Origin: an uncultured Actinomycetota bacterium
GTDB lineage: Bacteria > Actinomycetota > Actinomycetes > Mycobacteriales > Mycobacteriaceae
NCBI GenBank assembly: GCA_963698965.1
Contig: CAVOSY010000037.1
Location: 55,141 to 119,140, forward strand
Direction: 5' to 3'
Length of the DNA: 64,000 nucleotides
Shown here: positions 38,336 through 47,495 of the stretch, piece after piece
Layout of the letters: each line of letters starts with the position of its first letter
Numbering within the stretch: position 1 is the first letter of the stretch
The notes under the pieces: model-generated
Seen by the model: the letters and a program-made list of their open reading frames with translations, nothing else
Database searches by the model: none
What the model was told of the DNA's origin: nothing
Program-made: the position numbers and the translations under genes

Positions 38336-38484
38336 GCCTATACCATACGGCACGCCATGGACGAAACGGCAATCTGTGGATTTACCTCGTCGTGCGCGCT
38401 AACGGTGCGCGCCGCTTCCCGCTGCCCGATGATGGGGATGGCACAGAGTGTCTGCCCTGATTGAGACCAAGTCGGAGGTACATC

Positions 38485-39408
38485 ATGACGACAGCCCAGA
38501 ACGAGTCACAGGCGCTCGGCGATCTCGCCGCACGGCAACTCGCGAATGCAACCAAGACCGTTCCCCAGCTGTCCACCATCACCCCGAGGTTCCTGCTGCA
38601 CCTACTGAGCTGGGTGCCCGTCGAGGCAGGCATCTACCGGGTGAACCGCGTGGTCAATCCCGAACAGGTCGCCATTCACTCCGAGGAGGGCGCGGGCACA
38701 GAAGAGCCGCTACCCGAGACCTATGTCGATTACGAGACCAGCCCGCGCGAGTACACGCTGCGGTCCATCTCGACCCTGCTCGACGTGCACACCCGCGTCT
38801 CCGACCTGTACTCCAGCCCGCACGATCAGATCGCGCAGCAGCTGCGCCTGACGATCGAGACGATCAAGGAGCGCCAGGAGTACGAGCTCGTCAACAACCC
38901 CGAATACGGGCTGTTGTCTCAAGTCACGCCCGAACAAACCATCCAGACGTTGGCGAAGGCGCCTACCCCCGATGACCTGGACGCGCTGATCACCCTGGTG
39001 TGGAAGACACCCAGCTTCTTCCTGACTCATCCGCTCGGTGTGGCTGCATTCGGCCGGGAGGCCACCTATCGCGGTGTGCCGCCGGTGGTCGTCAGCTTGT
39101 TCGGAGCGCAATTCATCACGTGGCGCGGCATCCCGATCGTGCCCTCGGACAAGGTCCCGGTGGAGAAGGGCAAAACCAAGTTCATCCTGGTCCGTACCGG
39201 CGAGGAACGTCAGGGTGTGGTGGGTCTGTTCCAACCGGGGCTGGTTGGCGAGCAGGCGCCGGGGCTGTCGGTGCGGTTCACCGGGATAAACCGGTCGGCG
39301 ATCGCGTCGTACCTGGTGACGCTGTACTCGTCGCTGGCCGTGCTCACCGACGATGCGCTGGCCGTGCTCGACGGCGCGGCCGTGGACCAGTTCCATGAGT
39401 ACAAGTGA
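38485..39408 (+). CDS. Family 2A encapsulin shell protein (SrpI/major membrane protein I type)
   Basis: GGAGG RBS; LANATKTVPQLSTITPRFL, GIYRVNRV, DLYSSPHDQIAQQLRL, PTPDDLD, WRGIPIVPSDKVP. Confidence 0.92.
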   Translation: MTTAQNESQALGDLAARQLANATKTVPQLSTITPRFLLHLLSWVPVEAGIYRVNRVVNPEQVAIHSEEGAGTEEPLPETYVDYETSPREYTLRSISTLLDVHTRVSDLYSSPHDQIAQQLRLTIETIKERQEYELVNNPEYGLLSQVTPEQTIQTLAKAPTPDDLDALITLVWKTPSFFLTHPLGVAAFGREATYRGVPPVVVSLFGAQFITWRGIPIVPSDKVPVEKGKTKFILVRTGEERQGVVGLFQPGLVGEQAPGLSVRFTGINRSAIASYLVTLYSSLAVLTDDALAVLDGAAVDQFHEYK

Positions 39409-41260
39409 GTATCGGTCGATAGACGCCGAAAGCGACCTGCCTATCGGCGCAACGGAACTCGCGGCGCTGGCGTCCCAGTTGTTCGCTGCCAGCGTCCGTC
39501 CCGGACCGGACAGCCCGCCGCAGGCGTCGCCCGTCGCGCCGCGGGGCAATGTCCCCGACACGACGGCGGCGGCGTCCGCCGGTACCGCCGCGGCGGGCTC
39601 GGCCAACCCGTTCACGCCTGCGGCACCGGTGATCCCGCTGACCGACGTGTACGTGCACGCGCCGACTTCGCCTGAGCCCGATGGCATTCCGCAGACGGTC
39701 CCCGTCGCGCCGCGAGGCAATGTGCCGGATGCGGCCTCGGCGCCGTCGGCGGCCTACACAGTCGAGAGTGCACTCGACCCGTATGCGGTACCGACTTCGG
39801 GCATCGTGCCGACGATTCCAGGTGTGCTCGCCGGATCGACGCCAACGTTTCCGGTCGCACCGCGCGGCTCGGTGCCGGGCTGGCTACCGGGCGCGCCGAC
39901 GATCGGCGACCTGGGCTGGTCGGACGCCCCGATGGCGGCGCCGGTGGGTGACGAGGCGAACTACTATTTCCTGAGCGGTCCGGTGATCTCGGACGTCCCC
40001 GCCGAGCCCGTGCCGCAATTGCCCGACAGGCACGAGGTTTTCGACGTCAACGCGGTACGCGCCGACTTCCCGATTCTGCAGGAGACGGTCAACGGCAAGC
40101 CGCTGATCTGGTTCGACAATGCCGCCACCACGCAGAAGCCGCAGGTCGTCATCGACCGGTTGTCCTATTTCTACGCCCACGAGAACTCCAACATCCACCG
40201 TGCCGCTCACGAGCTGGCAGCCAGGGCCACCGACGCCTACGAGGAAGCCCGCGACACCGTGCGGCGCTTCATCGGTGCGTCGAAGAGCGAGGAGATCATC
40301 TTCCTGCGCGGCACCACCGAGGCGATCAACCTGGTCGCGTACGCCTGGGGCGGCAAGCACCTGGGACCGGGCGACGAGATCGTCATCACCCACCTGGAGC
40401 ACCACGCGAATATCGTTCCCTGGCAGCTGCTTTCGCAGCAGACGGGCGCGATCCTGCGGGTCGCGCCGGTGGACGACGCGGGCAACCTGTTGATGTCGGA
40501 GTTCGAGGATCTTCTCGGCCCGAAGACCAAACTGGTTGCTGCCACCCATGTGTCGAATGCGCTGGGGACAGTGACCGAAGCCCAGAAGATCGTCGAGCTC
40601 GGTCACCGGTACGGCGCGCGGGTGTTGATCGACGGTGCCCAGTCGATTCCACACATTCCCATCGATGTGCAGGAGCTCGGTGCGGATTTCTTCGTATTCT
40701 CGGGCCACAAGATCTACGGCCCCACCGGCATCGGTGCGCTCTACGGACGCGAGGACGCGTTAGAGGAAACACCGCCGTGGCAGGGCGGTGGCAACATGAT
40801 CGCAGACGTGACGTTGGAACGTTCGCTCTATCAAGGCCCGCCGAACAAGTTCGAAGCAGGCACCGGCAACATCGCCGACGCGGTCGGCCTCGGCGAGGCG
40901 CTGCGGTACGTCGAACGCGTTGGCATCGAACGGATCGCGGCCTACGAGCATGCGCTGCTGGAGTACGCCACCCCGCGGCTGGCCGATATCGACGGTGTCC
41001 GGCTCGTTGGCACCGCTCGGGAGAAGGCCAGCGTGTTGTCCTTCGTGCTGGCGGGCCATGAGCCGCTGGAAGTAGGCAAGGCGCTCAATGCCGAGGGCAT
41101 CGCGGTCCGTGCCGGGCACCATTGTGCGCAGCCGATCCTGCGACGCCTCGGCCTGGAGGCCACGGTGCGGCCGTCGTTCGCCTTCTACAACACGTTCGAC
41201 GAGATCGACGTGTTCCTCAACGCGGTGCGCCGAATCGCCGAGGGTGAGGTCGCTGTCTAG
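39395..41260 (+). CDS. Encapsulin cargo cysteine desulfurase (SufS type) with about 210-aa disordered N-terminal extension
   Basis: FDNAATTQKP, FSGHK (PLP Lys), RAGHHCAQP catalytic Cys; LAALASQLFA motif in extension. Confidence 0.94.
   Translation: MSTSEYRSIDAESDLPIGATELAALASQLFAASVRPGPDSPPQASPVAPRGNVPDTTAAASAGTAAAGSANPFTPAAPVIPLTDVYVHAPTSPEPDGIPQTVPVAPRGNVPDAASAPSAAYTVESALDPYAVPTSGIVPTIPGVLAGSTPTFPVAPRGSVPGWLPGAPTIGDLGWSDAPMAAPVGDEANYYFLSGPVISDVPAEPVPQLPDRHEVFDVNAVRADFPILQETVNGKPLIWFDNAATTQKPQVVIDRLSYFYAHENSNIHRAAHELAARATDAYEEARDTVRRFIGASKSEEIIFLRGTTEAINLVAYAWGGKHLGPGDEIVITHLEHHANIVPWQLLSQQTGAILRVAPVDDAGNLLMSEFEDLLGPKTKLVAATHVSNALGTVTEAQKIVELGHRYGARVLIDGAQSIPHIPIDVQELGADFFVFSGHKIYGPTGIGALYGREDALEETPPWQGGGNMIADVTLERSLYQGPPNKFEAGTGNIADAVGLGEALRYVERVGIERIAAYEHALLEYATPRLADIDGVRLVGTAREKASVLSFVLAGHEPLEVGKALNAEGIAVRAGHHCAQPILRRLGLEATVRPSFAFYNTFDEIDVFLNAVRRIAEGEVAV
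39530..39880 (+). repeat. Three copies of PVAPRG(N/S)VP(D/G) in the desulfurase extension
   Basis: Copies at 39530-39559, 39701-39730, 39851-39880. Confidence 0.85.
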
Positions 41261-41266
41261 CGGGGC

Positions 41267-41902
41267 CTAGGTGACGAGCGGACGTCCGAGCGGCAGCGCC
41301 CTGCCGCCCGTCTCCTCCCACAACGCGGCGACGTAGAAGTAGATGACGAACGCCACGAACGCGAATACGAACCATCCGCCGGCACGCGTCGCCGCGACAC
41401 TGCCGGTCTGGTTTCCGACCAGAAGCAGCACAAGTGCCACGTCGACAATCGCCATCAGCACGGGGAATGTCCACGGCAGCCGGAGTACCAGCACCGTGAG
41501 CAACCCGATCGTGAGCAGCCAGCTGCCCAGCCAGAGCGCCACTGTCTGTTGCACTCCGGTGTCTGGTATGCCAAACCAGTTGTGCGCCAGACCCAACGAC
41601 AGAACGGCGTAGCTTCCGTAGAAGCCGAAGAACGTGCCGTAGATGGTGGCGTTGATGTTCTGGCTGAGCGCCGCCGACCAGATCGTTGTGACAAGTAGTC
41701 CGATCGCCGTGGCGGACAACAGGATCGGCACCGCGGCAGCGGCCACGTTGATGATTCCGGTGTTGATGAAACCCAGCCCGGTCGCACCCGCAATGATGAG
41801 GGGCAGCGCGATCAGGCCGGGGTTGCCCTCCGGCTTTGCCGGTGGCGGATCGGCGAGTGTCCGCGATGGCGTGTCGATGGTGCGTTCGGCGATATCGGTC
41901 AT
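41267..41902 (-). CDS. GPR1/FUN34/YaaH (SatP-like) small-anion channel
   Basis: GNPGLIALP, ATIYGTFFGFYGSY; six TM helices; GAGGA RBS. Confidence 0.8.
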   Translation of the reverse strand: MTDIAERTIDTPSRTLADPPPAKPEGNPGLIALPLIIAGATGLGFINTGIINVAAAAVPILLSATAIGLLVTTIWSAALSQNINATIYGTFFGFYGSYAVLSLGLAHNWFGIPDTGVQQTVALWLGSWLLTIGLLTVLVLRLPWTFPVLMAIVDVALVLLLVGNQTGSVAATRAGGWFVFAFVAFVIYFYVAALWEETGGRALPLGRPLVT

Positions 41903-41915
41903 GTGAGTCCTCGGG

Positions 41916-42965
41916 CTATCCGGTGGCGAGCGCTGGTTCGCGCGCGGTGGTGAACTCCTGCCACGCGACCAGGACGGCTTCCAGTTGTTCCGCTGAATGT
42001 CTGCCGAGCCCACACTCGGTGGAGATGCCGAATTCCGGAAGAAACTCCGCAGCCACCGCAGCACGGGCGCGGGCGCCGGCGGCACCGTCTTCGGCGTGCA
42101 GCAGCCCGAGGAAGACCTCGGTGTCGGCCTCCAGTGCGAGGTCGGCCAGCGGCTGCCAGTGGGCCCGCTTTGTCCACGACGCGACGGTCGCGGCCTGGAT
42201 CGCATCGATTCGCCGTTGCACGTGCCGGGACAGTCCGTTGGCCAGGGTCACGATCGCGGTAGCGTCGCGCGGCAGGATGTGCCTGCCGCCACGGGCGGCC
42301 GCCTCCTCGTTCGGTGGGTCACCCATGAATGGCGACGCCCCGAATTTCGAGTCGCCGTAGCACAAATGGAAGGTGAGCTCGGCGTCATCGTGCACCCAGT
42401 GCGCGAGGCGGGCGGTGGCGGCGAAGATCGGCTCAACCCCACCGTAGGGGTTGGGGAACCAGCCCTCGATTGTCGCCAACTCGGTCGGCAGATCCCATTG
42501 GATGGCGAGGTCGCTCGGCGGGATCACCTCCTGCAGCGCATCGACGCTGCGCCGCAGTTGCTGTTCGTACGCGTACGCGACCTCGACCTGGGAGTCGAAC
42601 TCCACGAACGAGTTCACCGCGTTGAATGGAGTTGGGATGGATACCAGAAAGCGTGAATCCGGCTTCAGCACACCGTCTTCGCGTGCGTTCTTGAACTCGG
42701 CATACGACTCGGCGGCGATGCTGTGGTAGTCGAGCGCCCCGAAGGAGACCGTGGCGCCAGGACGGACCTTGGCTCGGTTGTCGACGACCTCGAGGGTGGA
42801 GTTCTTCAAGAAGTGGTCGGCCTGCGTCAGCACCCAGTTCGCCCGGTCGCCTGGTTCGCCGTCGGGGACGCGGGTGACGCCTGGCTGAAGGCGCTCACCC
42901 ACGAGCCGGAACGCGTCTTGGATGGTCGGGACGTTGATGCTGCCGGTGAGATAGAAGCCAGTCAT
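41916..42965 (-). CDS. Cobalamin-independent methionine synthase (MetE)-like Zn enzyme, catalytic-domain only
   Basis: TGS N-terminus, PDGEPGDR..W, FHLCYGD and ISTECGLGR Zn ligands. Confidence 0.72.
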   Translation of the reverse strand: MTGFYLTGSINVPTIQDAFRLVGERLQPGVTRVPDGEPGDRANWVLTQADHFLKNSTLEVVDNRAKVRPGATVSFGALDYHSIAAESYAEFKNAREDGVLKPDSRFLVSIPTPFNAVNSFVEFDSQVEVAYAYEQQLRRSVDALQEVIPPSDLAIQWDLPTELATIEGWFPNPYGGVEPIFAATARLAHWVHDDAELTFHLCYGDSKFGASPFMGDPPNEEAAARGGRHILPRDATAIVTLANGLSRHVQRRIDAIQAATVASWTKRAHWQPLADLALEADTEVFLGLLHAEDGAAGARARAAVAAEFLPEFGISTECGLGRHSAEQLEAVLVAWQEFTTAREPALATG

Positions 42966-42994
42966 TGCGAATTCCTTTGGTAACGAGCGATGGT

Positions 42995-44227
42995 CTACAG
43001 AAGCACGCCGAGGCGCGGCGGGTTGGTTCCGAACAGGGTGTGGTTGCCGAGGTGGACGTATTTCCAGCGAGCGGGGTCGTGAAGCGAATGCACGCGCACG
43101 TTGCGCCAGTGCCGGTCCAGCGCGTAGCCGGCGTCGGTCGCCGATGCGCCGGCGAGTTCGAAGATGCCGCTGGCGATCTCGACCGCGAACTCCTGCGCCA
43201 GGGCCTTCGCGGCGGCGATGTTGAGCGACGCGCTGGCCGCCGCCTCCCGGGTCAGCTCCGGTGCGGCCAGTGCCTCGTCGACCAGCCCGGCACCGCGTGC
43301 GAGCAGTGCCTCCAGGGCGTACAGCCGCGCCGTCAGCTCACCGAATCGGCGGACGACGTGTGGTTCCTCTGCGGCGCTGTCCACGCCGGCCTCAAACCAC
43401 GGCCGAGTTTTCGTGGTGACGAACCGCGCGCCGTCTTCCAGTGCGGCACGGGCGATGCCGATGTCGACGGCGGCGTGCAACGCCTGATCGAACGCGCCGA
43501 GCACGGACGGCGGCGCGGTCACCGGGTCGGGATCGGGACCTTCGTCGATGACGAACTCGTCGTCGACGACCACCTGATCGAGCACGACCTCGCCGCTCGC
43601 CGTGCCCCGCTGACCGAATGACGTCCAGCGGTCCAGGTTCAGGCTGACCCCTGGATCGGCCGGCTGGACGAATACGGTTGCGCCGTGTGAGGGTTCGGTG
43701 TCCGGAATCCGCGCGGCGACCCCGATCCACGTCGCGCCGAGCGCGCCGGTTGCATAGAACTTCTTGCCATTGAGCACCCAGGTGTCGTCGTCCCGGCGCG
43801 TCACCGTCGTGAGCCGCTCGACACTGGTACGGGTACCCCGCTCGACGGTGGCATTGCCGATTTGCGCCCCGTCGAGCACATCGCGGTAGATCCGCGGGGC
43901 CGGGTCGGCGCCCTCCAAACCCTGGATCGCCGCGCTGAGCACGAAGTGCGACAGCAGCAGCTGGCCGACGGCCGAATCCGCTTGGGACAGAATGCGCAGC
44001 ACTTCGACCGCGGTCGACTGTGGAAGATCGGGTCCACCATGGGCCGCAGGAACGATGATCCCGAGCAGCCCCGATGCGGCGACCTGCCGCAGTTCCTGCT
44101 CCGGCCACGTCCCCGTGAGCTCACGCTCGACGACACCTGCTGCGATGGTGGCGGCAACGGAACGAGCGGTCTGCAACGCCTCGTGGGTCGAACTGAGAAC
44201 CGGGGTGGTGCTCTCGGTGGTCGTCAT
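42995..44227 (-). CDS. Acyl-CoA-dehydrogenase-fold flavin monooxygenase, SfnB/DszC-like
   Basis: NGKKFYATG, FGQRGTASG, LDRHWRNVRVHSLHDPARWK; TACGGT -10 7 nt before ATG (leaderless). Confidence 0.85.
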   Translation of the reverse strand: MTTTESTTPVLSSTHEALQTARSVAATIAAGVVERELTGTWPEQELRQVAASGLLGIIVPAAHGGPDLPQSTAVEVLRILSQADSAVGQLLLSHFVLSAAIQGLEGADPAPRIYRDVLDGAQIGNATVERGTRTSVERLTTVTRRDDDTWVLNGKKFYATGALGATWIGVAARIPDTEPSHGATVFVQPADPGVSLNLDRWTSFGQRGTASGEVVLDQVVVDDEFVIDEGPDPDPVTAPPSVLGAFDQALHAAVDIGIARAALEDGARFVTTKTRPWFEAGVDSAAEEPHVVRRFGELTARLYALEALLARGAGLVDEALAAPELTREAAASASLNIAAAKALAQEFAVEIASGIFELAGASATDAGYALDRHWRNVRVHSLHDPARWKYVHLGNHTLFGTNPPRLGVLL

Positions 44228-44269
44228 GGTGGAAACCGTAGGGCGGCCGTGTGGTTGGAGGAACCCGAG

Positions 44270-45223
44270 TCAAGCGACGCTAAAGGGGCGTTCAGGAACG
44301 CTGTAGACCGCTTCGGCGCTGAGGTGCGCACCGACGGCCCGCACAAGCGAAAGGAACGTCGCCAACGGTGTCCCGGCCGCCGGCCGATCGACCGTCGCCA
44401 TCGATATGCGCCGGATCGGGCGCGGGCCGGCCACCCGCCGCACCGCGACGTCTGCGCGGACGGCGCCCGCTGCAAGCGAAGGCACAAGTGACACACCGAG
44501 ATTCGCGGCCACCAGACCCTGCACCGTCGGATAGTCCTCGGCGCGGAAGGTGACCGATGGAATGAAACCCGCGCGACGGCACGCTTGCTGAAAGACGCGG
44601 ACGTCGGGACAGGTCCCCGTTTCGGTGCTGACCACCCACTGTTCGGCGGCCAGCGCCGCGAACGGCACCTCCGCCGCGGCCGCCAGCCGGTGTCGCGCGG
44701 GCAGCACGACGAAGAACTCGTCGTCGTAGACGGGCATGGTGTGGACCCCGGAAAACTCGGCGTCCTCCCCTGGCACCTCGGTGATGACCGCGGCATCGAC
44801 TCCGTCGCTGCTCAGCATCGCGACGCCCTCCTCGGGATCGGCGGAAACCAGATCCAGGTCGATGTCTGGGCACAGCGTCCGGAACCGCGCGAACGCCAGC
44901 GGCAGGATCGCCGCGGCGGCGCTGGCGAACGACGCCACCCGCACCACCCCGGGCCTGGCGGTGGCCAACAGGGTCAGATCGCGTTCCGCGGCCGCGACCG
45001 CACCGAGGATCACATCGGCGTGCTCGAGCAGCCTCGTCCCCGCAGCGGTCGGCCGGACCCCGGTCGGGCTGCGGACCAGCAGTGTGGAGCCGACGTCGCG
45101 CTCGAGTGCACTGATCTGCTGAGACACCGCCGACGTGGTGTAGTTCAGCGATGCTGCGGCCGCGGAAAGCGAGCCGCAGCGGATGACTTCCTGCAGCACG
45201 GCCAGACGGCGCACATCGAACAC
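44270..45223 (-). CDS. LysR-family transcriptional regulator
   Basis: GSLSAAAASLNYTTSAVSQQISALE HTH; substrate-binding domain. Confidence 0.94.
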   Translation of the reverse strand: MFDVRRLAVLQEVIRCGSLSAAAASLNYTTSAVSQQISALERDVGSTLLVRSPTGVRPTAAGTRLLEHADVILGAVAAAERDLTLLATARPGVVRVASFASAAAAILPLAFARFRTLCPDIDLDLVSADPEEGVAMLSSDGVDAAVITEVPGEDAEFSGVHTMPVYDDEFFVVLPARHRLAAAAEVPFAALAAEQWVVSTETGTCPDVRVFQQACRRAGFIPSVTFRAEDYPTVQGLVAANLGVSLVPSLAAGAVRADVAVRRVAGPRPIRRISMATVDRPAAGTPLATFLSLVRAVGAHLSAEAVYSVPERPFSVA

Positions 45224-45288
45224 GCCGGAAATCTACTCGGCCCGGGCCGAGCCGCCCACGGTTGCGATCAGCCCGATGAAATCGCCGC

Positions 45289-46290
45289 TCAGTAGGCCGA
45301 GGCCACACCCTTCGGTGTGATGCCGTGGTGCAGTTCCGCGACGTCGGGGTGAGCGCGTGTTCGCGACTTCCACGCGTTCTCGCCGTAGGTGTTGAAGATG
45401 GGGTTGTCGGGATCGGCTTCGACCCCACGGGACAGCGCGGCCAGCTCGGGCGGTAGCGAGATGACCGGGATGAGCGCGTCCAGCGACGGGTTCAGGAAGT
45501 ACGGGATCGATACGCGGTCGCTGCCGGGCTGCGGGGCCAGCACTCGGTGGCGAGTAGCCCGCAGGTATCCACCGGTGGCCACTTCGAGCAGTTCTCCGAT
45601 GTTGACGATGAAAGCGCCTGCAAGCGGCGGGACATCGACCCACTCACCCACCGAGAGCTCGACCTGTAGGCCCTCTGATTCAGGCTCGACCACAAGCAGC
45701 GTCAGAACACCTGAATCCTTGTGCGCGCCAACACCTTGCGGGGTGTCACTGGTGCCCGGATAGCGCACCACCTTGATCAGGGTGGCCGGTCGGTCGGTGA
45801 ACGCCGGATCGAACGTGTCCTCGGCCGCACCCAGCGACACCGCCCAGTGGCGCAGCAGTCGAAGCCCAACGACCGACAGCGCAGTGTCCCACTCCTCGAA
45901 CGCCGCACGAAAACCTGATGGCGTCGACGGCCACAGATTGGGGCCCTGCAGCCGCCAGTAGCCCTCTGCGCCGTCGATCACCCGCCGTTCGGGGCCGATG
46001 TCGATCTGCTCGCGCCAGTCCACCTTGCCGTTGGTCAGCTCACCGCCGATCCGTGAATAGCCGCGAAACTGCGGGCTCTTCAGCTGGCTGATCTCGTTCT
46101 TGGCGTCCAGCGGTAGCGCGAAGAACTCCCGTGCCAGGCCAAGCACTTGATCGACCTGCGCTTGCGGCACTCCGTGACCGACAAGGTAGAAGAACCCGGC
46201 GTCATGGGCGGCTTCACGCAGCCGCGCCCGGAACTCGGCAGGCTCGGCATCGGCCTCGGCGAGGTCAAGAACCGGAAGCATGGCTGCCAT
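45289..46290 (-). CDS. 2-oxoglutarate/Fe(II) dioxygenase, isopenicillin N synthase family
   Basis: GFFYLVGHGV, HKDSG (HxD), ATRHRV (His), RVSIPYF (RxS). Confidence 0.92.
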   Translation of the reverse strand: MAAMLPVLDLAEADAEPAEFRARLREAAHDAGFFYLVGHGVPQAQVDQVLGLAREFFALPLDAKNEISQLKSPQFRGYSRIGGELTNGKVDWREQIDIGPERRVIDGAEGYWRLQGPNLWPSTPSGFRAAFEEWDTALSVVGLRLLRHWAVSLGAAEDTFDPAFTDRPATLIKVVRYPGTSDTPQGVGAHKDSGVLTLLVVEPESEGLQVELSVGEWVDVPPLAGAFIVNIGELLEVATGGYLRATRHRVLAPQPGSDRVSIPYFLNPSLDALIPVISLPPELAALSRGVEADPDNPIFNTYGENAWKSRTRAHPDVAELHHGITPKGVASAY

Positions 46291-46413
46291 TGTCGACCTG
46301 TCCTGTCGCGCTGACCATCTGGCTTAACCGAGGCGACATGGGTGTGAAGAAAGCGTTGAATCATCGTGCGTCGATCTCTTGGCAGTCCGTGGGCGTCGGA
46401 CCATCATCGTGGC

Positions 46414-46685
46414 ATGAGTTACCGCGGACCTCGGGCCGATGACACATCACGAGAGGTGATCGACACAGCGATCGGCATCCTCGTTGGCCTGCGCGGCTGC
46501 TCGCCAGAGGACGCCTTTGCCGAACTCGCACGAGTCGTGCGCCAGACCGGATCGGTATCGGAAGCATCGCCACCGGGCTGGTGGCACTTGCCAGCGGTTC
46601 GTCCTCACCCGATCACGCCGAGGCGTTCAACGCGTGGGGCGAGCTGATCAGGCACGGCAGGACGGCCGCCTTAGCGGCGCGCTGA
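46414..46685 (+). pseudogene. Second ANTAR-only gene, broken by a 1-nt deletion
   Basis: MSYRG...VIDTAIGILVGLRGCS...RQTG, shift near 46550, then IGIGSIATGLVALASGSSSPDHAEAFNAWGEL; collinear with 36667-36930. Confidence 0.8.
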
Positions 46686-46711
46686 TACCAGCGCGCCGTC
46701 ACGCGCCGGGC

Positions 46712-47470
46712 TCATCGCGGGTTTTTCTCGCCTGCCTCGACGGCGATGGGCAGCCTGTTCTCGGCGGGTGCCACCGGGCAGGTCGCGAAGTCGGTAAATG
46801 AGCACGGCAGATTCGATGCCCGATTGAAGTCGAGCGTCACCGTGCCGTCGGCTTCCGGTGCGGCGATCGAAAGTGCCCGCGCCGCAGGATATGTCGTCAC
46901 ACCGCTGGTGGCATCGGTGAACAGCACATGCAGCCCACCGTCCGCGCGGGCGAAGGCAACCAGCTGCAGTGCGGCGCCTGCCAGTTGGAAGTCGATGATG
47001 CCCACCGCGTTGTGGTGATGTTCAAGGCCCTCGACGACTGCACCTGTCGTGAGGGTCGTCGGCTGGTCATACGGCCTGAACGTACCGGTGACACGCCATT
47101 GCTCGCTCGGCGGATAAGCCGGAATGCCGTTGTAGCGCGCCAGATGCGGTGACTTCGGGTCGTGTATGCGTAATGCCACCGAACCGGTTCGGCGGATGAC
47201 CTCGATCCGGCGCTCCCCGTCCTCGACGAGCAGTCCTGGTGCACCCTCGACAGGTTCCAGCTTCTCGGTTCCGTCGATCCCGTCGACGTACACCGCATCG
47301 GCATCCGCGCGCCACCGGCCGGGCAGGTCGGCGACGGTCTCGAATTCGTCGGCGACCCAGTACAAACCGGTCAAGCTGACCCAGCCGAGCGGGTCGCCGT
47401 AATACCGTTCGCGCTCACCGTGCCATTCGTTCCATGCTGTCTCGAACGTTGTCTCTGTGCTTGTGGTCAT
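46712..47470 (-). CDS. DUF1684 family protein
   Basis: GWVSLTGLYW, FTDATSG.TTY, LDFNRASNLPCSFTDFATCP. Confidence 0.88.
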   Translation of the reverse strand: MTTSTETTFETAWNEWHGERERYYGDPLGWVSLTGLYWVADEFETVADLPGRWRADADAVYVDGIDGTEKLEPVEGAPGLLVEDGERRIEVIRRTGSVALRIHDPKSPHLARYNGIPAYPPSEQWRVTGTFRPYDQPTTLTTGAVVEGLEHHHNAVGIIDFQLAGAALQLVAFARADGGLHVLFTDATSGVTTYPAARALSIAAPEADGTVTLDFNRASNLPCSFTDFATCPVAPAENRLPIAVEAGEKNPR

Positions 47471-47495
47471 ATGTCTCACATCCTTACTTCGAGGA

